Shown here piece by piece: positions 9,554 to 18,100 of a stretch of 64,000 nucleotides of DNA (the stretch's first letter is position 1; every line of letters begins with the position of its first letter). The position numbers were made by a program, and so were the translations under genes. This stretch comes from a virus. Under the pieces are notes generated by a model. It searched no databases. It was not told where the DNA came from and was given only the letters and a program-made list of their open reading frames with translations. The DNA lies in the IMG/VR virus record IMGVR_UViG_3300045988_162176, positions 64,001-128,000 of that record. One strand, given 5' to 3'.

Positions 9554-9947
9554 TTTCTTTCTCCCTAATTACATAAGTGTTATCTTTTTCATTGTGTCCA
9601 AGAATTTCATATTTCTTAGTAAACTCATTGTAACTAACTTCATCAGAAATCGTTACAGTATATTTTGTGGTATAAACTGGATTGAAAAAACAATCGTTAA
9701 TACCTTTGCTTACAAGAACAGAAGAAAAGAAAAGACAAAGTCCTAAAATAATAATACTTAAGCTGTTAAAAACAATTTTAAAGAGCTTGTGCGGAACAAG
9801 TTTCGTCATGTTAAAACCAGCTTTTAGAATTTGGATTGATAAAAACATCAAAACACAAGCAATCGCACAAATAAAAATAAAAAGAGGAACATCTACATTT
9901 TTAATTACTTCTGTACTAATAATATTAATTCCTTCGAGCATAATCAC
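9543..9947 (-). CDS. Small membrane protein, tandem paralog 1
   Basis: Same architecture. Confidence 0.6.
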   Translation of the reverse strand: MIMLEGINIISTEVIKNVDVPLFIFICAIACVLMFLSIQILKAGFNMTKLVPHKLFKIVFNSLSIIILGLCLFFSSVLVSKGINDCFFNPVYTTKYTVTISDEVSYNEFTKKYEILGHNEKDNTYVIREKENVD

Positions 9948-9977
9948 TTCTCCTTTCGAGTAATTAAATTATACCCT

Positions 9978-10026
9978 ATAAAAACAAATAAGTCAAGGAG
10001 TTAATAAAAATTATTCTCCTTGACTT
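9978..10026 (-). terminator. Rho-independent terminator
   Basis: 11-bp stem aagtcaaggag/ctccttgactt (9990-10000 / 10016-10026) plus a T-rich tail on the minus strand. Confidence 0.6.
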
Positions 10027-10045
10027 ATTAAAATATTTTTAATTA

Positions 10046-10489
10046 TTAGTTATAACCATAAGCACAAGTAATAACAAGCTTGTCACCACTTGGAGATGTA
10101 TAATGAGAAATTTCTGTATGAAGTCCATCACTACTACAATCCTGCATAAACTCTTGATAAGTTAAACCAGACCCTTCATAGTCGAAAAGAGAATTCTTTT
10201 CTTGTCTGCGTTGCTGTGCAATATGATTGTAAGTGTATTCTTCTCTTTCTGCGTCTGTAAGTTCAGACCAGTCTTTGTAATATTTGCCTTTACCGATGTT
10301 ATAAGCTTCTTCTGCTTCTTTTCTATCTTGCTTGGTAATTTTAATGGTATTCTTAACAAAAGTTTCATGCCATTTATTAAAAAGCAATTTACCATCTTTC
10401 CAGTCTTTGTACTCATCTTCAGTACAAATGGCAAGTGTATGAGTAGAAGAAGAATTTGTTTCAAATACATTTTTACGAATTTGCTTCAT
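10046..10489 (-). CDS. Paralog family 'MKQIRKNVFETNSSS' member 2
   Basis: N-terminus MKQIRKNVFETNSSSTHTL. Confidence 0.65.
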   Translation of the reverse strand: MKQIRKNVFETNSSSTHTLAICTEDEYKDWKDGKLLFNKWHETFVKNTIKITKQDRKEAEEAYNIGKGKYYKDWSELTDAEREEYTYNHIAQQRRQEKNSLFDYEGSGLTYQEFMQDCSSDGLHTEISHYTSPSGDKLVITCAYGYN

Positions 10490-10922
10490 TTAATTTTACC
10501 TCTTCTAAAATTTTAGATTCTACCAGTTTGTTCATTTTATTTTCATATTTCTTAATAATCATATCAAGAAAAGAAAAACTGTGTCCACTATCTTGAGCTC
10601 TGAAAAAAGCATTATATGGCTGACCAAAATCATCATCAATAACTTCAAGATTATCAAAATCATTCCAAGATTTAAGGTCATCAAGGTCAATTGCTACATC
10701 AAAGCTAAATTCATACGAAATTCTTTCTATTTTGGAGTTGAAAAGACAAAAATGATAAGTCATCCAATAATGGTCAGACTTTTTAGATTCTCTCCAAAAC
10801 CCCTCTTTAAACCCTGCATCAGTAAGAAGAATAATTTGTTCTGCTGTAGTTAAAGAAAGAAAATAGTCAGATAATTCATAACGCTTCATTTTGCGTTTAG
10901 TCTTCATGTTTGGAGTCTGCAT
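10473..10922 (-). CDS. Hypothetical protein
   Basis: ORF track. Confidence 0.55.
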   Translation of the reverse strand: MQTPNMKTKRKMKRYELSDYFLSLTTAEQIILLTDAGFKEGFWRESKKSDHYWMTYHFCLFNSKIERISYEFSFDVAIDLDDLKSWNDFDNLEVIDDDFGQPYNAFFRAQDSGHSFSFLDMIIKKYENKMNKLVESKILEEVKLNEANS

Positions 10923-11529
10923 CTTCTTTCTCCTTTTCCAATTGAGCTAAATATTGCTTGTGCCATTCTTCTTCCTCTTCAGCATAACTATCATGGATGA
11001 TTTTGGAAGTGTCTACCAAACCAGAATCCTTAATATGAGGCCAGCAATTGTACTCATCGCCATCCACAACTACAATATATCTCTTATTAGTTAAAAATTC
11101 CTCAAGAGATACATTATACTTCTTAAGCCACCCCTCAATCTGATAATCGTCAGTGCCGCCATAGGTTGGAACAGGCACATTTGCTACTACATAATCTTTA
11201 ACTTCTGAATCCCAAACATAATCTTTGGTATCGAATTCAAAATCTGTAAATCCATCAATATACTTTTTACAAATTTCTCTGCATTCATCTACAAGATTAC
11301 CATTAGACGATGCAATAGCATATCTCAGCTTATCCTTAAAAGTTACAAGCATATCAAAAGGAGAACGATAAAATTCAAGAGAAGATTCCCACAATCTTAC
11401 GATACCATCAGTCATATAAAAATTTTTATTAATTTCTTCTCTAGTATAATGCTCATTATCAGTAGTAATTACCAAAGAATGACTTGAGCTACTATTAGTT
11501 TCAAAAACATTACATCTAATCTGTTTCAT
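10897..11529 (-). CDS. Paralog family 'MKQIRKNVFETNSSS' member 3
   Basis: N-terminus MKQIRCNVFETNSSSSHSL. Confidence 0.65.
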   Translation of the reverse strand: MKQIRCNVFETNSSSSHSLVITTDNEHYTREEINKNFYMTDGIVRLWESSLEFYRSPFDMLVTFKDKLRYAIASSNGNLVDECREICKKYIDGFTDFEFDTKDYVWDSEVKDYVVANVPVPTYGGTDDYQIEGWLKKYNVSLEEFLTNKRYIVVVDGDEYNCWPHIKDSGLVDTSKIIHDSYAEEEEEWHKQYLAQLEKEKEDADSKHED

Positions 11530-11538
11530 ATTATCTCC

Positions 11539-12393
11539 TTAAAATCCAGTCTGAGCACTCTTGAAATTCAAAGTCTTGCTAACCCCCTCAACTTCTGCAA
11601 CAATATCATCATATTCTTTGCCATCATAGGTGTATTTACCATTATTCTTTTTATTGACACGAACATGTCCATCAAAGTTTTTAATAATAGTAGCACAATG
11701 CTTGGGAAGGTTAAGATTGGGGTTATATTCCAAAACTTCATCCATAAGGAAGACACCAACCTGACCAGAATCAGCACAGAACTCTCCCATCTTTTCCTTG
11801 GTCAAGCTGTTGCGGACAGTGCATGACCAATCACCGTAAATAGTGTCGCAGACGATAAAAGTATTAAGACCAAGCTTTTCCATGGCTTCTCCACAGCAGC
11901 ACTTTCCCCAATCATCTTCCTGCTCAGTTTCCCACTTTGTTACAGCTTTGTTGTAAGCTTCATTTTCAGTTTCGTAAGTGGGAGAAAGAGGAATCACGCG
12001 AATATTAGGGTCTTTTGTTCTTGTCCCTCTAATCCACGTTTCATAAGCATCAACAAGTTTCGCTTCTCTCTCAGGAGTACGATGGCTTTCAGGAAGGTCG
12101 TAGATACGAAGAGGTTTCTTCATTTCAATATAAATAACATCTTCGTACATATCAGGAGTAGGATAACCTTTATGTCCATCCCCAATAATCTTATGTTTGG
12201 AATAATAATCTTCCATCTTAGGATAAGTATTGTAATTCATCTTACGGTCTTCGCGGATAATATAACAAGGGTCAGTAATGAGAATATCACCAACAAAACG
12301 AACAAAACGATTATACTGATTGCAAAAGTTCATAAAAACACCTCTCCTTATTTTTTCTACTAAAAGAATATCATAAGGAGAGGTAAATGTCAA
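11539..12393 (-). CDS. Hypothetical protein
   Basis: ORF track; the true start may be the internal Met (MNFCNQYN). Confidence 0.55.
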   Translation of the reverse strand: MTFTSPYDILLVEKIRRGVFMNFCNQYNRFVRFVGDILITDPCYIIREDRKMNYNTYPKMEDYYSKHKIIGDGHKGYPTPDMYEDVIYIEMKKPLRIYDLPESHRTPEREAKLVDAYETWIRGTRTKDPNIRVIPLSPTYETENEAYNKAVTKWETEQEDDWGKCCCGEAMEKLGLNTFIVCDTIYGDWSCTVRNSLTKEKMGEFCADSGQVGVFLMDEVLEYNPNLNLPKHCATIIKNFDGHVRVNKKNNGKYTYDGKEYDDIVAEVEGVSKTLNFKSAQTGF

Positions 12394-12429
12394 GTGCTTA
12401 TTAAATTATTTCTTGTCGATTTTATTGTC

Positions 12430-12636
12430 TTAAAGAAGAGGAGAAACCTCATCAATAATTTCAAACTGGCTCAAATCATTAGCGTCAAACTTCTTGTCCT
12501 GCTCACAATACATAATGCCCACAAGACCAAGAGCACCAAACTGATTAGGAAGAGGCATAATCTGATATACACGATAAATCTTTCCATCAATTGAGTTCTT
12601 CTTCTTGCACTTAAACATACAACTATTATTAGCCAT
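12430..12636 (-). CDS. Hypothetical protein
   Basis: ORF track. Confidence 0.5.
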   Translation of the reverse strand: MANNSCMFKCKKKNSIDGKIYRVYQIMPLPNQFGALGLVGIMYCEQDKKFDANDLSQFEIIDEVSPLL

Positions 12637-12777
12637 TTTAATTACTCCTTAATTGTTTTTTCACCCTGTTTTTGCAACTTTTTTATTAAAAAACAAGGGA
12701 AATTATTAATTTTTTAATAAAAATTGATACGATAAAATTTCACTTTTATTCTATCTTGTTTTATTTTGTTTTAATAA

Positions 12778-13326
12778 TTAGTGATTGTCATTGTCGATAA
12801 ACAAACTATAACACTTATTAAAAATATAATCTTCTAATGTAATTCCATCTCTTGCAAAAATATAATACATTCCATCAGAAACATAATAATCAAGACTTTG
12901 ATGGTCTACATAACCATCTTCATCAGGACTAATTTCAATTCCTATAATGTGAATATCATGCTTAGAAAGAGCGTGCTTTACATCATCTTCAAATTTTTGG
13001 AAATCATCAGATTCCATAACTTCTTTAATAGCTTCTTCTTTATCTTCTCTACTGCTCCAATTAATATTATAACCTTGGAAACAAGTTATAGCAGTTAAGA
13101 TATATTCAAGTTTAGCTATTGCGCTATTTTCATCTAAATCAGAGTCCCAACCCCATCCAAAGGTTTCAAAATTTAATTTTAAATATTTACCGTAACCATT
13201 GTGACCATAATCCTCTTCAATGTAATCATCTAACTGAGTATAATCATAATTATCTTTACTACTAATACTCAATGAATGAACACTTGAAGAATTAGTCTCA
13301 AAAACATTTTTTCTAATTTGTTTCAT
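12778..13326 (-). CDS. Paralog family 'MKQIRKNVFETNSSS' member 4
   Basis: N-terminus MKQIRKNVFETNSSSVHSL. Confidence 0.65.
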   Translation of the reverse strand: MKQIRKNVFETNSSSVHSLSISSKDNYDYTQLDDYIEEDYGHNGYGKYLKLNFETFGWGWDSDLDENSAIAKLEYILTAITCFQGYNINWSSREDKEEAIKEVMESDDFQKFEDDVKHALSKHDIHIIGIEISPDEDGYVDHQSLDYYVSDGMYYIFARDGITLEDYIFNKCYSLFIDNDNH

Positions 13327-13327
13327 A

Positions 13328-13543
13328 TTAATACCTTACCCGACGTAATTGGTCAAAAATTTCAATCCGCTTGTCAAAACCTAAAGACCATAACACATCT
13401 TCCATTAAACTATCCATTGCTCTATGTCCCCAGCCATTTAAAAGAGTCGCATCACCTTGACATAAATTTACAATCTCTTGCGCTCTTTCTGCAAATTCTT
13501 CTGGCGTAAAAGGAACAACAGTTTTACTTTCCAATACTTCCAA
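13328..13543 (-). CDS. Hypothetical protein
   Basis: ORF track (TTG start). Confidence 0.45.
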   Translation of the reverse strand: MEVLESKTVVPFTPEEFAERAQEIVNLCQGDATLLNGWGHRAMDSLMEDVLWSLGFDKRIEIFDQLRRVRY

Positions 13544-13572
13544 ACATCAAAGTCTCCAATCTTGGCTAACTT

Positions 13573-13818
13573 TTAGCCAGCATCATAAATCCTCGAAGGG
13601 ATTATGCCACTATCCTTCTCAGGAACATAGCCGTCATCTCTATTAAATTGTACATCAGGTTCAAATAGAGGTCTAAAATCTCCATCACCATCACTATAGA
13701 AACCAATTAAAGTAGAATGTCCAATCTTTCCACAGGCTTCCATATAACGTAACATAGAAAGAAAAGAATCAATCCATCTTTCTTCCATGGTACACTTAAT
13801 ATTAAAAGTTTTTTTCAT
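13573..13818 (-). CDS. Hypothetical protein
   Basis: ORF track frame; start moved to ATG 13818 (MKKTF) behind AAGGAG. Confidence 0.5.
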   Translation of the reverse strand: MKKTFNIKCTMEERWIDSFLSMLRYMEACGKIGHSTLIGFYSDGDGDFRPLFEPDVQFNRDDGYVPEKDSGIIPSRIYDAG

Positions 13819-13861
13819 TTTTAAAACTCCTTGAACATTTTTATAAATAAAGTATAGCATA

Positions 13862-13907
13862 AAGAAACAAAGTTGTCAAGAAGTTCTAAAAACTTTTTCT
13901 TGACAAC
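13862..13907 (-). terminator. Terminator hairpin overlapping a TTGACA -35 box
   Basis: 11-bp stem gttgtcaagaa/ttcttgacaac (13872-13882 / 13897-13907) plus a T-rich tail. The minus strand also reads TTGACA-N17-TATACT here. Confidence 0.5.
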
Positions 13908-13930
13908 TTTGCAGCAACTTGTTAATTTAA

Positions 13931-14335
13931 TTATAAATCATGCTTCTTATAATATTTTCTTGGAAGTCTATGCGTAGGTTCAGACCTTCCACCTTTTAAC
14001 AAAGAATGAAATTCTCTCTTCTTGTATTCAGGTGTAAGATACTGGTCAATCCAAGAAAATTCAGGATGGTCTTTTTTATATTTAAGTCTATCATTCCAAA
14101 TCCTCTGAAATCTCTTTTGACAAAAAGCATACCATTCAGAATGACTAAGACCGCTGTAATCAACCACAGTAACAGAAAGTCGAGGAGCTTTATCTAAATA
14201 CTGCATAAGTTCTGTTACAGTATTAAAAGTTTTCTTGAAAGAATACTCTTGAGAAACATTGCTATTGTGTTTTTCTTTGTTATGACGAAGAAACTTAACT
14301 TCAAACATTTTCTTTCTCCCTAAACATATTCTCAA
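13931..14335 (-). CDS. Hypothetical protein
   Basis: ORF track. Confidence 0.55.
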   Translation of the reverse strand: MRICLGRKKMFEVKFLRHNKEKHNSNVSQEYSFKKTFNTVTELMQYLDKAPRLSVTVVDYSGLSHSEWYAFCQKRFQRIWNDRLKYKKDHPEFSWIDQYLTPEYKKREFHSLLKGGRSEPTHRLPRKYYKKHDL

Positions 14336-14663
14336 AATTGAACCCGTGTTTTGTATAAATTAAACCATCTTTTCCAATTACAAAATAATCTCCAAGCTCA
14401 ACAAATTCGCTATATTCATCATGAGAATTATCTTCTGGTCTATAAGCAACAAAAGCCTGTCTACCTTCATTGTCAATGTTCTTTTCAAACCAAGTCTTAT
14501 TAAGTTTCTTGAAACTTTCAAGTGCTTTTTCAGAATATTTAACGATATTCTTAATTTCAGTATTATGAGCTTCAAAGAATTCCACAACTTCTTCCCAATT
14601 GTCTTTTTCCCACTTCAAAGCTTCTACTTCATAAGGAATAATTTCGTAAATTTTAGTAGACAT
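14301..14663 (-). CDS. Hypothetical protein
   Basis: ORF track. Confidence 0.55.
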   Translation of the reverse strand: MSTKIYEIIPYEVEALKWEKDNWEEVVEFFEAHNTEIKNIVKYSEKALESFKKLNKTWFEKNIDNEGRQAFVAYRPEDNSHDEYSEFVELGDYFVIGKDGLIYTKHGFNFENMFREKENV

Positions 14664-14689
14664 TGTACTCCCCTTTCTTTTATCTGCTC

Positions 14690-14945
14690 TAAAATTTCCT
14701 ACACAATAAACGCTAACACGAATGTTGCCTTATCCATTTACCTTCTTACATAAGATATAGAAGTTCCATACACCACCATCGGAAATCTTTTAGAGGATTG
14801 CTCCCGCTACCTTTAAGCAAGTTTAGTTCGTCGTAGCAATCTGCGTTGGTGAAACGCCTTACAACCAAATCAATTATTGAATGCTTGCTACATCTTGTCT
14901 CAAGCCTTTTCTAGTTCGCTAAAGTGTTACCTTTAGCTTGATTAT
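14690..14945 (-). ncRNA. Long structured 5' leader or ncRNA candidate
   Basis: ~260 nt ORF-free, GC-enriched stretch between the promoter at 14946-14974 and the start at 14663; contains AAAGGTAGCGGGAG. Confidence 0.25.
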
Positions 14946-14974
14946 ATAATAGCACTTAACTTTCATTTTGTCAA
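14946..14974 (-). promoter_or_regulatory. Sigma70-type promoter
   Basis: TTGACA (14969-14974) - 17 nt - TATTAT (14946-14951) on the minus strand. Confidence 0.6.
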
Positions 14975-15003
14975 GTACTTATTACATACTTTTCAAAAAT
15001 TTT

Positions 15004-15366
15004 TTAAAGTCGTTGATGCGTAATTGGGTCAAACCCTTCTTGTTCAGAAATATTTAAATATTTATCATATTTTTCTGCATCTAAAGGAGTGCATTGCATA
15101 AGATAATTAATACTTTTCTCCATGCTTTCAATCTTCTTTTCCATACTTTCAATCTTTTCTTTATTGAATTGAATATGTTTAATCTCCCATTTAACACCCA
15201 AAGTATAACAATATCCAATATAAACAGAAAAGGCTATTATTAAAACAATATACCATAATATACTTGTCGTATGACAAGTAGTTAAATAATGTGCTCCAAT
15301 AAAAAAGTAAAAAGCATTAAGAATTAATCCTAAAATACCATGTAACTTTTTATTATTATTTTCCAT
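15004..15366 (-). CDS. Hypothetical membrane protein
   Basis: ORF track; hydrophobic N-terminal half and a KIESMEK tandem repeat. Confidence 0.55.
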   Translation of the reverse strand: MENNNKKLHGILGLILNAFYFFIGAHYLTTCHTTSILWYIVLIIAFSVYIGYCYTLGVKWEIKHIQFNKEKIESMEKKIESMEKSINYLMQCTPLDAEKYDKYLNISEQEGFDPITHQRL

Positions 15367-15374
15367 CTCTCGTA

Positions 15375-15656
15375 TTACAACACCCCTCTAATCTTTAGCC
15401 AATTATTAATAAACACCATCAAATTGTTTTTTGCAGATGCTAAAGAATCATTCCAATTCCACCTTGGGGGCGAAATAGAATTGTAATATTTTTTATAAAC
15501 CATTGCTTTAATTGATAGATGTAATTCTTTTTCTTCTTGGGCTATAGAAATTTCTTCATTTGGAATTAAAGTAAACACAAGTCCTAAATGACTGTATGTT
15601 GTAATGTCTTGGAGACTGCAAAGCAATTCTTTTTGCCATTTCTCCCATGAATTCAT
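15375..15656 (-). CDS. Hypothetical protein
   Basis: ORF track. Confidence 0.55.
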   Translation of the reverse strand: MNSWEKWQKELLCSLQDITTYSHLGLVFTLIPNEEISIAQEEKELHLSIKAMVYKKYYNSISPPRWNWNDSLASAKNNLMVFINNWLKIRGVL

Positions 15657-15697
15657 TTAATGTAGTCTCCTTTTTATTTATTTTAAAATATTTTAAA

Positions 15698-16153
15698 TTA
15701 ACTCATTGGAGGAAACCAATAATAACCTAAAATATCTTCTGCTTCTTCTCTATCTTGCTTATTATACTCTAAGAGAGTATTCAAGTCAATAATTTTCCCG
15801 TCACTTTTAATTTTGTTTTTAGTGTCTTTATTAGCAATTCGCTTTTGTGAAATCGCAATTACCTTTTTATAATAATCAGATTCCTCAACAAGCTTTTGAC
15901 CAATCTTTTGATAAGCCAACATGTTTTGTTCATAAGACTTTTTCAATTTTTCAATGTTTTCTAAAAGTCCCATGTAAGCATTAAATGCCTGACAAGTACA
16001 ATAATAATTGCCTGTACCAGTTGGCTTCATTTCTTGAGAGCAAAACTTACATTTAGGTGGAGTTGTATAAACTATATCTTGAGGATTTTTAGGTGTGGGG
16101 GAAGAATTTTCATCCTTTCCCCCATTAATCACTGTAAAATTAATCTTAGCCAT
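15698..16153 (-). CDS. Hypothetical protein (CxxC...CxC zinc-ribbon-like)
   Basis: ORF track; PKCKFCSQ...YYCTC. Confidence 0.55.
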   Translation of the reverse strand: MAKINFTVINGGKDENSSPTPKNPQDIVYTTPPKCKFCSQEMKPTGTGNYYCTCQAFNAYMGLLENIEKLKKSYEQNMLAYQKIGQKLVEESDYYKKVIAISQKRIANKDTKNKIKSDGKIIDLNTLLEYNKQDREEAEDILGYYWFPPMS

Positions 16154-16158
16154 ATTAA

Positions 16159-16524
16159 TTACTTGTTAGAAGTACCAAGTACTCCACGTTCTGCACGATT
16201 CTCAACACGAAGATTCATCCACAATAAGCATTCTTCCAAATGAGTAAGTGCTAGTGCATTTTCACGACAAGCAAATTCACCAGACTGAAAACCCTGAAGA
16301 CGGTCGCGAACAATCTCAAGAAGGTCTGTATCAAGAAGACCATGAATAGAATCAGTTTCCTTACGCGGACCGTTCTGGAAAGCAATCGAATAAGGAGTCT
16401 CATTGCCCTGACCATCAGTTACAATAACATTGTAAACATGGTTGGCATTACCCACACCCTTTTCATCAACTGCATAAACAGTGTTGAGATTATTGTTCTT
16501 CTGAATAGTATTAAGCTTACGCAT
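16159..16524 (-). CDS. Hypothetical protein
   Basis: ORF track. Confidence 0.6.
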   Translation of the reverse strand: MRKLNTIQKNNNLNTVYAVDEKGVGNANHVYNVIVTDGQGNETPYSIAFQNGPRKETDSIHGLLDTDLLEIVRDRLQGFQSGEFACRENALALTHLEECLLWMNLRVENRAERGVLGTSNK

Positions 16525-16538
16525 TTAATTTACCTCTT

Positions 16539-16943
16539 TTAATTATTAATTAATTTACAAACCCATTGTACAGACTCAACAGAATCGGTTTTCTTATAAA
16601 TCACACAAGCAAGAACTGCTTCATCAAAATCTACAAAATAAGTATTACAAACATGAATCTTATTTTCTTTGTCTTTATAAGTGGGAATGTAATAAATTTC
16701 CTCTTTACGATTGATTCCTGTGACAATGCACATATCTTCACCAATCATCGAGCCAAAAAATCGCCAACCCTCGGAATTCTTAGTTACTGCGTTTTCAAAC
16801 TCGGCAACTTTCTTTTCATTTTCTTGTTCACGCTGATACATTCCGTAAACATGATACTTACGAATCTTAGGAGTCTCAGGAGATAAAAGAGTAGAAAAGA
16901 ATTCTTCAACTTCTCCATATGTAACTGCATTGTTAATTGCCAT
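16539..16943 (-). CDS. Hypothetical protein
   Basis: ORF track. Confidence 0.6.
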   Translation of the reverse strand: MAINNAVTYGEVEEFFSTLLSPETPKIRKYHVYGMYQREQENEKKVAEFENAVTKNSEGWRFFGSMIGEDMCIVTGINRKEEIYYIPTYKDKENKIHVCNTYFVDFDEAVLACVIYKKTDSVESVQWVCKLINN

Positions 16944-16969
16944 ATCAACTCTCCTTTCTATTTATTTAG

Positions 16970-16998
16970 ATATTACCATATATCTTTTTTCTTGTCAA
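16970..16998 (-). promoter_or_regulatory. Sigma70-type promoter
   Basis: TTGACA (16993-16998) - 17 nt - TAATAT (16970-16975). Confidence 0.6.
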
Positions 16999-17115
16999 GT
17001 ATTTATTAAAAGTTTCTCTCAAGAACGTGTAAAAAAAGGAAGAAGCCATTCGACCTCTTCCTCTTTTTTGGAGTGAATTTATAAAAATTTTAAACGGACT
17101 ACTTTTTATTTTTAA

Positions 17116-17571
17116 TTACTTACAACCAAAGCGCTTCTTAGAAATCGCTTCAATCGAAGGAATCTTTTCAGTGTTGATGCTCTTCTTAGCACAATAATGT
17201 TCAATGGTTGCAACCAGAACTCGTGCATCAAGAAGCATTGCAAGAATCTTACGGTCAAATGCTCGATGATACTTTTCAAGAGCCTTGCCACGAGCAAACT
17301 CCTTGCCAATGTCCTCAACGAACTTATCACCGTCAGCATGGTTTACCTTAGCCTTACCACGATAGCTGTTTTCAAGAAGAGTGTTCTCCCAAATACCTTC
17401 AAGAGAAATAGTCTTCATATCAGCCTTTTCACAAAGACGAGTAATAACATGCATTGCATCAAATGCAGTATCAGTTACCTCAGCCTTGACTACGCCACCA
17501 CTCTCATAAACACCATAAGCAATGGAAGAGTTAGACGGTCGGGAAATGTCATTCTTGCAGTTGTCACACAT
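17116..17571 (-). CDS. Hypothetical protein
   Basis: ORF track. Confidence 0.6.
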   Translation of the reverse strand: MCDNCKNDISRPSNSSIAYGVYESGGVVKAEVTDTAFDAMHVITRLCEKADMKTISLEGIWENTLLENSYRGKAKVNHADGDKFVEDIGKEFARGKALEKYHRAFDRKILAMLLDARVLVATIEHYCAKKSINTEKIPSIEAISKKRFGCK

Positions 17572-17679
17572 AATTTTTTGTCTCCTTTAATTTCTTTGTT
17601 TTACTTTAGTTATTATTTTAGTTTTTTGTTTCTTCTGCTTATATGTCAAAAGGAAAAATACTTTTCCTTAGATATTTCA

Positions 17680-17749
17680 GCGGCGACTTCGAATCGAACG
17701 AGCATTTCACGGGTTAGAGCCGTGCGCATTGACCATTATACTACGCCGC
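17680..17749 (-). tRNA. Suppressor tRNA, anticodon CUA (reads UAG)
   Basis: Acceptor GCGGCG/CGCCGC, D arm GTAT-AATGGTCA-ATGC, perfect anticodon stem CACGG/CCGTG, loop CTCTAAC. T loop is TTCGATT but the T stem is weak (3 bp). No encoded CCA. Confidence 0.65.
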
Positions 17750-17778
17750 AATGTTAAATAAAGTCAAATGACCTTAAG

Positions 17779-17855
17779 TGGCACGCCTGACGAGATTCGA
17801 ACTCATAAGATACACTTTAGAAGAGTGCGGTTTTATCCAATTAGACTACAGGCGC
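17779..17855 (-). tRNA. tRNA-Arg (anticodon TCT)
   Basis: Cloverleaf by eye; loop CTTCTAA; T arm ATGAG-TTCGAAT-CTCGT; CCA encoded. Confidence 0.85.
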
Positions 17856-17857
17856 TT

Positions 17858-17940
17858 AATAAAGCTAGACTCATTTTTCAAAACATTTGTAATCCCAAAT
17901 CACAAGTCTCTAAATAATTGCTGTAAGAGTCTACTTTATT
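17858..17940 (-). repeat. E-repeat copy E1
   Basis: Arms ctagactc (17865-17872) / gagtctac (17927-17934) plus attgctgtaa. Interior hairpin TTGTGA-TTTGGGA-TTACAA has the same loop as the tRNA-Pro anticodon loop. Confidence 0.75.
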
Positions 17941-17954
17941 TTTTTATTTATAAA

Positions 17955-18090
17955 TGGTGGGAATGGAGTGACTCGAACACTCAATTTCCCGATTTGGTGT
18001 TTTAGACAAGTCTTGCACTTGCATTTGAAGTTTTACTTTTAAACTACTAAAACATAAGTCGGGCCCTCTGACCAATTGAGATACATCCCC
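17955..18090 (-). tRNA. tRNA-Ile-like (anticodon TAT) interrupted by a 59-nt insert between positions 36 and 37
   Basis: Acceptor GGGGATG/CATTCCC+ACCA, D arm TCTC/GAGG, anticodon stem CCCGA/TCGGG, T arm GAGTG-TTCGAGT-CACTC. Loop CTTAT[59 nt]AA becomes CTTATAA after excision. Confidence 0.7.
17995..18053 (-). ncRNA. tRNA-like insert lacking an anticodon arm (intron candidate)
   Basis: GTTTTAG-TA-GTTT-AAAAGTA-AAAC-TTCAAAT-GCAAG-TGCAAGA-CTTGT-CTAAAAC-A-CCA: 7-bp acceptor, D-like arm, T arm, discriminator and CCA. Confidence 0.65.
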
Positions 18091-18100
18091 ATATAAAATC

